Positions 52,161 through 64,000 of a stretch of DNA of 64,000 bases are shown piece by piece; within the stretch, counting starts at the first letter, position 1; each line of letters begins with the position of its first letter. Source of the stretch: Lama guanicoe (taxonomy: Eukaryota). A program made the translations under genes and the position numbers. The stretch covers positions 1 through 64,000 of the forward strand of contig MU053645.1 in assembly GCA_013239625.1 (NCBI GenBank), read 5' to 3'. The notes under the pieces are model-generated. The model was not told the origin of the DNA and did not search any database. It saw only the letters and a list, made by a program, of their open reading frames with translations.

Positions 52161-53909
52161 TGAAAAACCCTACATTTTACTATGCTGAGTAGTTCAATCA
52201 CATATCAGCTGGACTCTGAATCTGGATAAACGAAATGTATTCTCATTGTGTTTCACTTGGGCCAATAACTTATCCCAAACTTCCCAATTTTAAGGGAAAA
52301 TCTTTTTCAACTTCTCATTTAGTTTAATACTCTCTTTTATCCTAAAACTCCAAATATAATTGAATGTTTCTTTTAATACAAAGGTGAGTTTATATAAAGA
52401 TGACATATAAATACATCTGAAGATAATTGCTTTTAAAATACACTCAGAGATTAGAATTCTTTCAGAGTGTAGCCTGTGCTCTGTATTGTTGGCCAAAGAA
52501 CAGAAATGACAAAAGCCTTTCAAGAGAAATCTCACAGAAAAAGCAGTTTATTCTCAATGTCTAGTACAGTGATTTTTAAATTTGAAACTTTGGATTATCT
52601 CCCAAAGTTCCTGAAATGGAAGAATCCACAAAAATATTTCCCACATTTCTCTTCCTGCTAATTATTTATATTTATATTAAGTCATCCTGGAAAACTAATG
52701 ATTTGAACAGCTTTATTTTTCTTTTTGATATTAATACAGCAGATGTGTTAAGTACTCCTTTATGGTCCCTAGATTAGAATCAATTGAAAAATAAGATGGG
52801 TGACAGAGAGGTGGACATCAAAATGTTTACTTTATTCCTGATATTTAACCAAAATGTTTGCAAATAATTCCCCTTTGAGCTAGACAAATTTACTTATTCA
52901 ATCTCTGATACTGCTAGAAAATCACTGCCTTCACCATCTCCTAGCACCACAGAACAGGTCCATTTTAACTTATGGCATAAAGAAAGCCAGAATGAACTCT
53001 TATTGTAGACAGATTCAGAGACAAAAGAAGGGACTGATCCAGGCATACTCAGTGTCTTCTCCCAAGTTCACCATTCATCCTCCCCAAGGGAGAGAATGTT
53101 AGGGAGAGAGAGCAGGAGTGTTACTGTGAAGTCCTGCAACAAGGAAATAAGTAGCGAGGGAAATAGAGGAGCTTTGAGCCACTGTCATTCCAAAGTCTCT
53201 TAAGATCTTTGTTCTTTTAACTCACATGTTTTAATCATTAGTTAAACTTATAATAAGCCAAGTGGGTAGCTGGGTATCCTGTCACCAGATTTTACTAGAA
53301 GTGTCTTTTCTTTTTCTCCAGCATATTGAAACTTTCTTACTTGCTTACTGAGCCCTGTGCTACTGGCACTGCAGTCAGTATTATCATCAATTCATTGTGG
53401 CCTTTGTCCAGCCACCTTGCCACCCATGCTCTCACTAGCAAGATTTCCCACACCCATAACAGCAAATTTTTCATTTACAAACATAACCCTGCTGTCCCTG
53501 TAGCCCTGGTCACCTACTGTAAGTTCACTCCCTCTCCTATTTCCCATCCTCGCTTACATTCATCTGTGTTGTTCAATATATTTCATCAGAAGTTCTAATA
53601 TAAGATCACGTTTAGATAGACCAACAATAAAATGACCAGAATGTAGAGATGCTCCAAATGTGAAAACAAAAGAAAAAGCTCTCGTTTCCCTTTGTGAATT
53701 TCCCATAAATAAACAAACTCCAAAGACTTTAATAAAAATTGTTTTGCTCCTATGTCAAATTAAATTAAAGCCCAGAGGTTTTAAACTCCTCCATCATGTT
53801 TTTTTTTTTCTGTTTAATTTTGGCCAAAGGTGTTCCTGACACCCGGGTAAGGCTGAACGTATGTCAACAGCTCCATCCTCCAATGTATTACATTGGAATG
53901 AGCATAGCG

Positions 53910-54245
53910 TTTTTTTAAAAAAATCACTTTGTTGAGGTATGATTGACATAAAAAGCTGTACATTTTAAATGCATACAATTTTGAGTTTGCAGGTAAATAT
54001 ACAACCATGAAAACGTTATCACAGTCTATGTCATAAACATATCCATCACCTCCAAAAGTTTTCTTCTGTTTTCTTGATTACTATTATTTTTTGTGATAAA
54101 AGCACTTCATAAGATCTACCCTCTCAACAAATTTTTAAGTATTCAGTGCATTATTAACTATAGGCATGGTGCTGTATAGTAGATCTCTAGGGCTTATTTA
54201 TTTTGCATAACTGTTTGTACCCTTTGATTAATGCCTCTCTGTTGG
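53910..54245 (-). mobile_element. LINE-1 3' end (L1MA-like)
   Basis: ttgttgaggtatgattgacataaaaagctgtaca...taagatctaccctctc. Confidence 0.8.
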
Positions 54246-54361
54246 TAAAGTGTTTTTAAGCCTCAGAAATCACAGGAATTGAATGACAGGTTTCTCATGA
54301 GCTTCACTTAAAAAATACAGAGAAAGAACAGGTCTCAAAAGATTTGATTTCCATAATACTC

Positions 54362-54490
54362 CTTCATTTAATTCATTTAAAAATATTTTTGGGATACCTC
54401 AAGTTCTAGGCACTGCTCAAGGCACTGGATATGAAGCAGAAATAAGAGGGGCAAAAATCCCTGTGGTCCTGAAGCTGGCATCCTAGAAAG
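54362..54490 (-). mobile_element. L2 3' fragment
   Basis: ttcatttaattcattt...ctaggcactgctcaaggcactggata. Confidence 0.65.
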
Positions 54491-55094
54491 CTCATAAATG
54501 TAAGTAGAACAGAAGCAACTTCCAGAATTTTAAAGCAATTATGCCATGGAAAATTACGTTCCCAGAACACAGTACATGGTGTTACCAAAGACCGTAGCAA
54601 CAACTGAATGGTATTTGATGAAAAGAGGGTGCATGGACACAATCTTAGCTTCACAGTAATGCCAATAATTTATGCAACATGTTTAAATGACAAAACCTAA
54701 TCATAAATTCAATGGGAGAAATCTCCTTTTAAGAGGGCAATTATGGAACTATATTATTTAAACATCTATGGATGAGTGGGAGAGACCCACTCATGAATAC
54801 TGACTCCTCTATCAGAGGGTGTCATTTGAGACATTGCTACCTTCTAAGTTTAGAAATTTGCAATGATTGGCAACCCCAGTCACTAGTTCCTACCTGAAGT
54901 GCCTACCTTTACCATTTAGTATATTTAAGTCCTCTTAATTTCCATTTCTAGTCAATGATTCTGCTATGATGATACTTAATACATATGGGTTTTGTTTAGT
55001 GACACAGCTTCCAGACTACATCATGAGTGTACATTTTTATCCTATGCCATACATAATAACTGCTACCACATATTCATACAAAGGAATTGTATAG

Positions 55095-58000
55095 ACCTGT
55101 GAAATCTGCTTAGGACCAATGTTAGTTCAGTAAGGTTACAGGATAAAGCATCAACACACAAAAATCAATTGTATTTCGATATGTTGACAATTGACATGCA
55201 GAAATGAAAATTAAAAAAAAATACTTTTTTTTTTACTTTTTTAACTGACATATAGTCAGTTTACAATGTTGTGTTAATTTCTGGTGTATAGTACAATGCT
55301 TCACTTATACGTGAATATACATATATTCGTTTTCATATTCTTTTTCACCATAAGCTGTTACAAGATATCAAATATAGTTCCCTGTGCTATATAGTATAAA
55401 CTTGTTTATCTATTTTGTATATATCAGTCAGTATCTGCAAATCTCGAACTCCCAATTTATCCCTTCCAACTGACTTCCCCCTTGGTAATCATAAGTTTGT
55501 TTTCTAAGTTTGTGAGTCTGTTTCTATTTTATAAATAAGTTCATTTCTCTTTTTTTTTATATTCTACATATGAATGATATCATATGCTATGTTTCTTTCT
55601 CTGTCTGGCTTACTGCACTTAGAATGACATTCTCCAGGGCCATCCATGTTGCTGCAAAGGGCATTATTTTCTTATTTTTTATGGCTGAGCAGTATTCCAC
55701 TGTATAAATATACCACTTCTTCTATATCCAGTCATCTGTCGATGGACCTCTAGGTTGTTTCCATGTCTTGGCTATTGTAAATAGTGCTGCTGTGAACATT
55801 GGGGTGCAGGTACTTTTTGAATTAAGGTTCCCTCTGGATTTATGCCCAGGAGTGGGATTGCTGGATCATGTGGTAAGTCTGTTTTTAGTCTTTTGAGGAA
55901 TCTCCATACTGTTTTCCACAATGGCTGCACCGAACTGCATTCCCACCAGTGTAGGAGGGTTCCCATTTCTCTACACCCTCTCCAGCATTTATCGTTTTTG
56001 GACTTTGAAATGATGGCCATTCTGACTGGTGTTAGGTGGTACTTCATTGTAGTTTTGATTTGCATTACTCTGATAATTAGCGATATTGAGCATTTTTTCA
56101 TGTTCCTATTGGCCATTTGTATGTATTCATTGGAGAATTGCTTGTTTAGTTCTTCTGTCCATTTTTGGATTCGGTTGTTTGCTTTTTTCTTATTAACTTG
56201 TATGAGCTGTTTATATATTCTGGAGATTAAGCCCTTGTCAGTCTCATCTTTTGCAAAAATTTTCTCCCATTCCATAGGTTGTCATTTTGTTTTGCCTATG
56301 GTTTCCTTTGCTGTACAAAAGCTTGTAAGTTTAATTTGCTTATTTTTTATTTTATTTCTATTGTTTGGGTAGACTGCCCTAGGAGAACATTGCTGAGATG
56401 CATGTCAGATAATGTTTTGCCTATGTTTTCTTCCAAGAGGTTTATAATGTCTTGTCTTATGTTTAAGTCTTTAAGCCATTTTGAGTTTATTTTTGTGTAT
56501 GGTGTGAGGGAGTGTTCTAACTTCATTGATTTACATGCAGCTGTCCAGTTTTCCCAACACCATTTGCTGAAGAGACTGTCTTTATTCCATTGTGTGTTCT
56601 TGTTTCCAATATCAAAGATTAATTGACCAAAAGTTTGTGGGTTCATTTCTGGGCTCTCTGTTCTGTTCCATTGGTCCATATGTCTGTTTTTATGCCAATA
56701 TCATACTGTTTTAATTACTGTAGCTCTGTAGTATTGTCTGAGGTCCAGGAGATTTATTCCTCCAGCTTAATTCTTTTTCTTCAGTAATGCTTTGGCAATT
56801 CTGGGTCTTTTGTGATTCCATAAATATTTTAGGATGATTTGTTCTAGTTCTGTGAAAAATGTTCTGGGTAATTTGATAGAGATTGCGTTAAATATGTAGA
56901 TTGTCTTGGGCAGTATGGTCATTTTAACAATATTGATTCTTCCAATCCAAAGGCATGGGATACCTTTCCATTACTTTAAGTTTTCTTTAATTTCCTTAAT
57001 CAATGAAAAAACATGTACTTTATAACTCCAAATAAATGAAAATACTTAGGCATACACTTGTCAAAACATGTACAGGATCTTTATGCTGGTAATTACAAAC
57101 AATGAAAGAAATAAAAGAAGATCTACATGAATGGAGAGGCATACTATGTTCTTGGATTCGATGACTCAACTTAGTAAAGTCTTTAGTAAAAGTAGGAAAG
57201 ATATAAATTTCCCTGTAGATTTATTGCAGTTCCTATGAAAATCTCAGTAAGTCTTTTGTAGGCATAGATAGCCTTATTCAAAATTGTATATATAAAGGCA
57301 TAGGATTTATCATAATCAAAACAATTTTGTAAAGGAAGAATGATACCATTTTACACAATGTTGTGTGTATCTATAACTATTTCATAATGAAGATAATTTC
57401 ATATTGGTGGAGAAATAGATACATAGTTCAAGGGAACAGAATAGACAACCCAGAAATAGACTCATACAACTATGCTCAACTGATTTTTGACAGAGGTGTA
57501 GAAACAATCCAGTAGAAGAAGGATAGGCTTTTCAACAAATGGTGTGGAGCAATTGGCCATTGATAAGCAAAAAATAAACTTTGACTCAATGTAACACTTA
57601 GTTTAGGAACTTAACTCAAAATGGAGCACAGTCTTAAATGTAAAACAAAACTATAAATTTCTGGGAAAAAAAAGTATAAGAGAAAATCTTTGGGAGATAA
57701 GATTCAGCAGAGTTCTTACACCAAAAGGATAATGGGAAAAAAAGGGAAAAATAATCAATTAGACTTCATCAAAATTGAAAGCTTTTGTGCTTGAAAGTCT
57801 ATGTGAAGAAGATGAAAAGAAAAGCTACAAAGTGGACAAACATTTGCACATACATATCCAACAAAGGACTAACATTTAGATATATTAGAGAACTCTCAAA
57901 ACTCAACTATAAATAGAAACTAGAAAGTGAGTGAAAGACATGAACAGACATTTCACCAAACAGAATATAGAGATGGAAAACAAGCACATGAAGAGGTATT

Positions 58001-58950
58001 CAATATATTTAGCCACTGGAGAAATGCAAATTAAAACCACAATGTGATATCACTACATACTTATTAGAGGAGCTAAAATAAAAGATAGTAGCAGTGCCAA
58101 CTATTGGTGAAGCTGCAGAGAAATAGGATCACTCATATATTGCTAGTGGCAAGGTGAAATGGTAGACACATTCTGGAAAATTGTTCGGCATGTTCTTATA
58201 AAGCTGAACATGCAATTATTACAGGACCCAGCATTTGCACTTTTGGACATTTTTCTCAGAGAAATGAAGATTTATTTTCACAAACAAAATAGTCACACAA
58301 ATGTTCACAGCAGCTTTATTTGTAATAGTCTAGAATGAAAACAACTCAGTTATCCTTCACAGGGTAAAGGGTTAAAGAAACTATAGTACAGCCATTTCAG
58401 TCATAGTGTGGAATACTACTCAGTAATAAACTAAACATGTTATATACACAGCAACTTGAATAAATCTCCAGGAAATTATGATGACTGAAAAAAGACAGAC
58501 ACAAAAGGATGTAAATCTTATTATTTCATTTATAACATTTTTGAAATAATATTTGAGAAATGGAGGAGAGATTAGTGTTTGCCACTGATTAGGGATGGGC
58601 AAAGGAAGAGAGGGAGGTGAGTATGTTTGTAAAAGAGCAATAAAAGAGATCTTTGTGGTGTTGAAACTGTTCAGTGTCTTGACTGCAGTGGTGAATACAC
58701 AAAACCGCTCAGGGAAAAAGATGTATATGATTAAATACACACACACAAACTCAAATAAAACTGAGGAAATCTGAGTCAGACTAGTGGACTGTGTCAATAT
58801 AAATATCTTTGTTGTGATATTATGCTATACTTTTGCAAAGTGTTACCAGTGAGGCAAATTGGACAACAAAATGTACAAAGAATCTCATTTATAATTTATT
58901 ATAACTGCTTGTGAATGTACAGTTATTTCACAAAAATTTAATTAAAGAAA
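55095..58950 (+). mobile_element. Old LINE-1 (L1MC-like ORF2 and 3' UTR) hosting a younger antisense L1
   Basis: ORF2 text at 55095-55220 resumes at ~57005. Confidence 0.85.
55222..57004 (-). mobile_element. Younger 5'-truncated LINE-1
   Basis: ORFs 56347-56679 and 55772-56275 (-) are L1 ORF2 ([27 protein letters not shown]). Confidence 0.95.
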
Positions 58951-59059
58951 GTTTTAAAAAACATAATGTAGCAAGAAAAATGGCAGAGTAGGTAATGACA
59001 AAAAACTTGTCCTCCACAAAAGTAATTAATAAACAGGGAAAAACCTGTCAGAATCAACT

Positions 59060-60692
59060 TTTTTTTTTGCCTTTTTAAAAAATTGAAGTATAGTCAGTTT
59101 ACAATGTTGTGTCAATTTTTGGTGTACAGCATAATTTTTCAGTCAATTATAAACATACATATATTTCTTTTTATATTCATTTCTATTATAGGTTACTATA
59201 AGATATTAAATATAGTTCCCTGTGCTATACAAATATAAATTTGTTGCTTGTCTACTTTATACATAGTGTTAGTGTCTACAAATATCAAACTCCCCATTTA
59301 TCCTTTCCCACCCCCTGTCCCCTCTGGTAACCATAAGTTTGTTTTCTATGTCTGTGACTCCGTGTTTTGTAAATAAGTTCATTTATTTCATTTTTTAGAT
59401 TCACATATGAGTGATATCATAGTGTATTTTTCTTTCTCTTTCTGGCTTGCTTCACTTAGAATGACGATCTCCAAGTCCATCCATGTTGCTGCCAATGGCG
59501 TAATTTTATTCTTTTTTATGGCTGAGTAGTATTACATTGTATAAATAAACCACAACTTTTTTATCCAGTCATCTGTTGGTAGACATTTAGGTTGCTTCCA
59601 TGTTTGGCTATTGTATATAGTGCTGCTATGAATATTGGGGTGCACATATCTTTTTAAATTAGAGTTTCTTCCAGATATGTGCTCAGGAGTGGGATTGCTG
59701 GATCATATGATAACTCTAGTTTTTTAAGGAATCTCCACACTGCTTTCCATAAAAGTTGTACCAAACTACCTTCTGACCAACAGTGTAGGAGGGTTCCCTT
59801 TTCTGCATACCTTCTCGAGCATTTATTGTTTGTGGACTTTTTAAAAAAATTGTTTTTAATGAAGTGTAGTTGATTTACAATGTTAGTTTCAGGTGTACAG
59901 TAAAGTGATTCAGTTATACCTACACATACACATGTATTTTTTTCTTTTCAGATTCTTTTCCATTATATGTTATTATAAGAAATTGAGTATAGTTCCCTGG
60001 TGCTATACAGTAGGTCCTTGTTGTTTATCTATTTTTTATATAGTAGCTTGTATCTGCTAATCCCAAGCTCCTAATTTATCCCTCCCTGCCCTTTCCCTTT
60101 GGTAACCAGAGTTTGTTTTCTACGCCTGTGAGTCTTTTTTGGGGTTATAAATAGAATCTGTATTTTTTTAGATCACATATAAGTGATATCATATATTTGT
60201 CTTTCTCTGTCTGACTTACTTCACTTAATATGATAATCTTTAGGTCCACCATGTTGCTGCAAATGGCATCATTTCATTCTTTTTATGGCTGAGCAATATT
60301 CTATTGTATGTATGTGTGTATATATATGTATACACACACATGTACCACATCTTCTTATATTTAGGTTGTTTTCATGTCTTGACTACTGTAAATAGTGCTG
60401 CTATGAACATTGGGGTTTGTGGACTTTTGAATGATGGCCAATTTGACTGGTGTGAGTTTGTACCTCATTGTAGTTTTGATTTACATTTCTCTGATAATCA
60501 ACAATATTAAGCATTTGTTCATGTGCCTATTGACCATTTGTATATTTTCACTGGAGAATTGTTTGTTTAAGTCTTCTGCCCATTTTTGGATTGAGTTATT
60601 TGTTGTTTTGTTATTAAGTTGTATGCTCTGTTTGTGTATTCTGGATATTAAGCTCTTGTCAGTCACACCATTTGCAAATATTTTCTCCCATC
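59060..60692 (-). mobile_element. Two nested antisense LINE-1 3' ends
   Basis: The inner copy 59842-60414 is flanked by TSD GTTTGTGGACTTTT (59828-59841, 60415-60428). Confidence 0.9.
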
Positions 60693-62755
60693 AGTTCTTT
60701 TGTAAGAACTATGGGCACTAAATGAAAGCTTGTAGTGACCAGGACAAGAATCAAGGAAAAACAGCTGAATCTTGGTAAGAGAGTTTTGTGACATTTTAAC
60801 TTACCTTGGCTGCAACTTCCATTCCTCAATTTGGTGGTGGCATTGAAGACAACAAGCTGTATTCTTGTGTAGGTAGCTGTGCTAGAAGGATAATAGAAAC
60901 CTTATTCTAAAAGAAAGGTGGTTGATTGTTTTGATCTCTTTGGTGGATCCCTGGAGTACTGGGTTAATGTCTTGCTCTTACCACACCTAACTTACCCAGT
61001 CTTGAGGCAGTTACAGGGTACATTTTTGAAAACATTTAAATGCAAATATATTAGTTGCTGTTGCCCAGGGTAATGGATTACAGTTGGGACAATTAATAGA
61101 CTAACTAAAATGCCTAGGAGTAAAGGCTGGGGATGATATATTTGGGAAATAAGGGCCAGCAAAACGATGACTTATTCCTGGGAATACAGAAAGCCTCCTA
61201 CAAGCCCAGGGTACAGTGCATACTTAGAAAAGATCTGAGAAGGCTATAAATGGTCATCTCTGACTTCTATGCTCTGTGCAAGCGAAAAAAGGAGGAAAGG
61301 CAGAGTTACAAACTTACAGGCTCAGTGCTGAAAGCATGCTCCAACATACACAAAGGCCCCATCTGCAAACACTGGGATTTAAAAAATTTCAGACCTTTAA
61401 GGAAATCTCTGTCAAATCACTAGCTGACTACTAAGCAAGCAGAAGAAAAAGGAGACTTAAATGTTTACAACATGACAAGGAATTCAGACTTTACAAAATT
61501 AGTCCAGAAGTCACTAAACAAACAACAACAACTACTACTACTACAAAGAACAAAAAAACCTACAACAATAAAGCTGGAAGAGGGAGAAGAAAATTATTTA
61601 CTGAGTGGCCCAGTTGTCATATTCAAAATGCCCAGTTTACAACAAAAAATTAAGAGATAAACAAAAAGACAAGAAAGCATCATCCATACACAGGAAAAAG
61701 ACAGCAGAAACTGCTCCTGAAGAAGCCCAGCATTTCCTTCACACCAAAACCAGACAAAGATATTACAAAAAAGGAAAACTATAGAACAATACCTTTCATG
61801 AACATGGGTACAAAAATCTGCAACAAAATCCTAGCAAGTTGAATCCAACAATGTATAAAAAAAATACATCATGACCAAGAGAGAGTTATTACAGGTATAT
61901 AAAAGGGCTGGTTTATCATTCAAAAATTAGTCAATGTAATTCATCACATCAACAGGCTAAATAAGAAAAACTGCAGGATTATATCGACAGACGCAGAAAA
62001 AGCTTTTGATAAAAGCTGACACAGATTCATGATGAAAACTCAGAACAAGGTAGGAATGGAGGGGAACTTCCTAAGCTTGATAAACAATATCTACAGAAAA
62101 CCAACGACTAACATAACACTTAATGATAAGAAAGTAGATGCTTTCCTCCTTAAGTTGAGGAACAAAGCAAGACGGCCACTTTCACTATGCCTTTTCAACA
62201 TTGTACTGAGAATCCTAGTTAATGCAATTAGATAACAAAAGAGAATAAAGGAATACAGATTGGAAAGGAAGAAATAAAACTCTCTTTGTTCATAGATGAC
62301 ATCATTATCAATGAAGAAAATCCCAAAAGAATCAACAAAGATGTCCGGGAATTGGTAGACATTTATGCAAAGTTGTAGGATAGAAGGGTAATATACAGAA
62401 GTCGATTGCTTTCCTATACGTCAGCAATGAACAACTGGAAATTAAAATTAAAAACACATCACCATTTATATTAGTACAAAAATGAAATACTTAAGCATGC
62501 ATTTTATAAAATATGTATAAGATCTTTATGAGGAAAATTATAAAATTTTCACAAAAGAAATAAAAAATTTAAATAGGTATTTCATGTGCATGAGTAGAAG
62601 ACTCATATTGTTAAGATATCAGGTCTTCCCTACTTGATCTATAGACTCAACACAATCCCAATCAAAATTCCAGCAAATTATTTTATGGATAAAGAAAACA
62701 CTGATTCTGAAAGTAATAGGGACAGGCAAAAGGCCCAGAATAGCCAACAGAATGT
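60693..62755 (+). mobile_element. Old LINE-1 5' region and ORF2 fragment (5' tip at ~58970-59060)
   Basis: ORF 62029-62235 is L1 RT-like (GNFLSLINNIYRKPTTNITLN). Confidence 0.85.
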
Positions 62756-64000
62756 CCCATTATTTTCCTTTTTCTTGACTAATTGCTCTGGTTAGAACTT
62801 CCAGAATAAAATTTCAAAGAAATGGTGAAAGCAGTCATTCTTGTCTGGTTTCTGATCTCAGAGGGAAAGATTTCAGTCTTTCATCAGTATATGTGATACT
62901 AGGTGTGGATTTTTCTTAGAAGCCATTTATCAGGTTGAGGGAGTTCCTTACTATTCTGAGATTGTTGAGTGTTTTTTTCTGTATCAGCAGAAATGATCAT
63001 GTGGGGTTTTCCTTTATTCTATTAACATGGTGTGTTACATTGTTTGATTTTTGTATGATAAATAACCCTTGAATTCCTGGGACAAATTCCACTTGGTCAT
63101 AGCATCTAATCTTTTAAATTTACTGTTGTATTCAGCTTGCTGGTATTTTGTTGAGGATTTTTGCATCTATATTCATGGGGATATTAATCTGTAGTTTTCA
63201 TGTGTGGTTTTTGTCTGCCATTAAGAACAGGGTAATGCTGGCCTCAAAATGAGTAAGGAAGAATTCCCTCCTCCTCTATGTTTTTCAAAGTTTCTTAGAA
63301 GGATAAATGTCCATTATTCTTTAAAAGTTTGGTAGGATTCACCAGTGAAGACTTACTTGAGAGACTTTTCTTACTTGAGTGGTTTTTGATTACTGATTTA
63401 ACCTCTTTATTTATCACAGAACTATTCACATTTTCCATTTTTCCTGAATCAGTTTTGATAGTTTGTATATTTCTAGGAATTTGTCCATTTCATAAACCAT
63501 AATTTGTTGACATCCAATCATCATAGTATTCTTATTACCCTTCTGATTTCTGTAAGTTCAGTAGTAATATACTCACTTTTATTTCTGGTTTCAGTGATTA
63601 TTATCCTCTCTCTATTTTTCTTACTCAGTCTACATAAAATTTTTTCAATTTTGTTGATCTTTTTGAAGAACCAATTTTCATTTTGTTCATTCTTTCTATT
63701 GTTCTTCTATTCTCTATTTTATGTTTCTTCTGTAAGCTTTATTTTGTTTCTTTTGCTAGCCTTGCATTTAGTTTGCTCTTCTATTTATGTTCTTTAAGGC
63801 ATGAAGTTAGATTATTGATTTCATACCTTTCTTTTTATTATAGGCAATTGTGACCATAATTTTCTCTCTGAGCCCTGCATGAGTTGCATTCCATAATTTT
63901 GATATATTGTGTTTTTATTTTCAGTCATCTCAAGTTATTTTTTAAATTTCTCTTGTGTTTTCTTCTTTGATCCACTGGGTGTTTAAGTATGTGTTGTATA
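62756..64000 (-). mobile_element. Old LINE-1 ORF2 fragment, antisense
   Basis: cttgtctggtttctgatctcagagggaaag...ttgttgaggatttttgcatctatattcat. Confidence 0.85.

Noticed and set aside
51720..52300. Further minus-strand module copies (also ~46410-46450)
   Set aside because: Only short matches are visible (gtccatgtttcaata at ~46418), too little to call without an alignment.
54772..54850. Short hairpins loosely resembling X-linked miR-513/514 precursors
   Set aside because: The stems are too short for a pre-miRNA and I cannot match a mature sequence.

Overview
Repeat-dense, AT-rich mammalian genomic DNA, very probably camelid: it carries four tRNA-derived SINEs of the camelid vic-1 type. I can support no intact protein-coding gene. 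The ORF-track hits that I can assign are L1 or ERV debris, and the rest look like chance ORFs. Much of the window is LINE-1 fragments, plus a decayed ERV-L-class provirus (14754-21272), solo LTRs and hAT transposons. The non-TE sequence from about 12.9 to 45.1 kb is an array of at least six diverged copies of one non-coding module, arranged as an ancient nested inverted duplication. Its outer arms (12960-14220 vs 43860-45140) and the flanks of its inner arms are strongly diverged. A roughly 1.15-kb inner core (21410-22563 vs 36235-37502) is almost identical between arms, which points to local arm-to-arm gene conversion. The 13.7-kb spacer between the cores holds two same-orientation CTCF motifs, so it could be an invertible regulatory cassette. 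Other oddities are an env-like transmembrane remnant in the ERV-L, a 34-bp templated insertion and a SINE with a 3' transduction. Repeat family names come from recalled consensus features, and identity levels are by-eye estimates, not computed.
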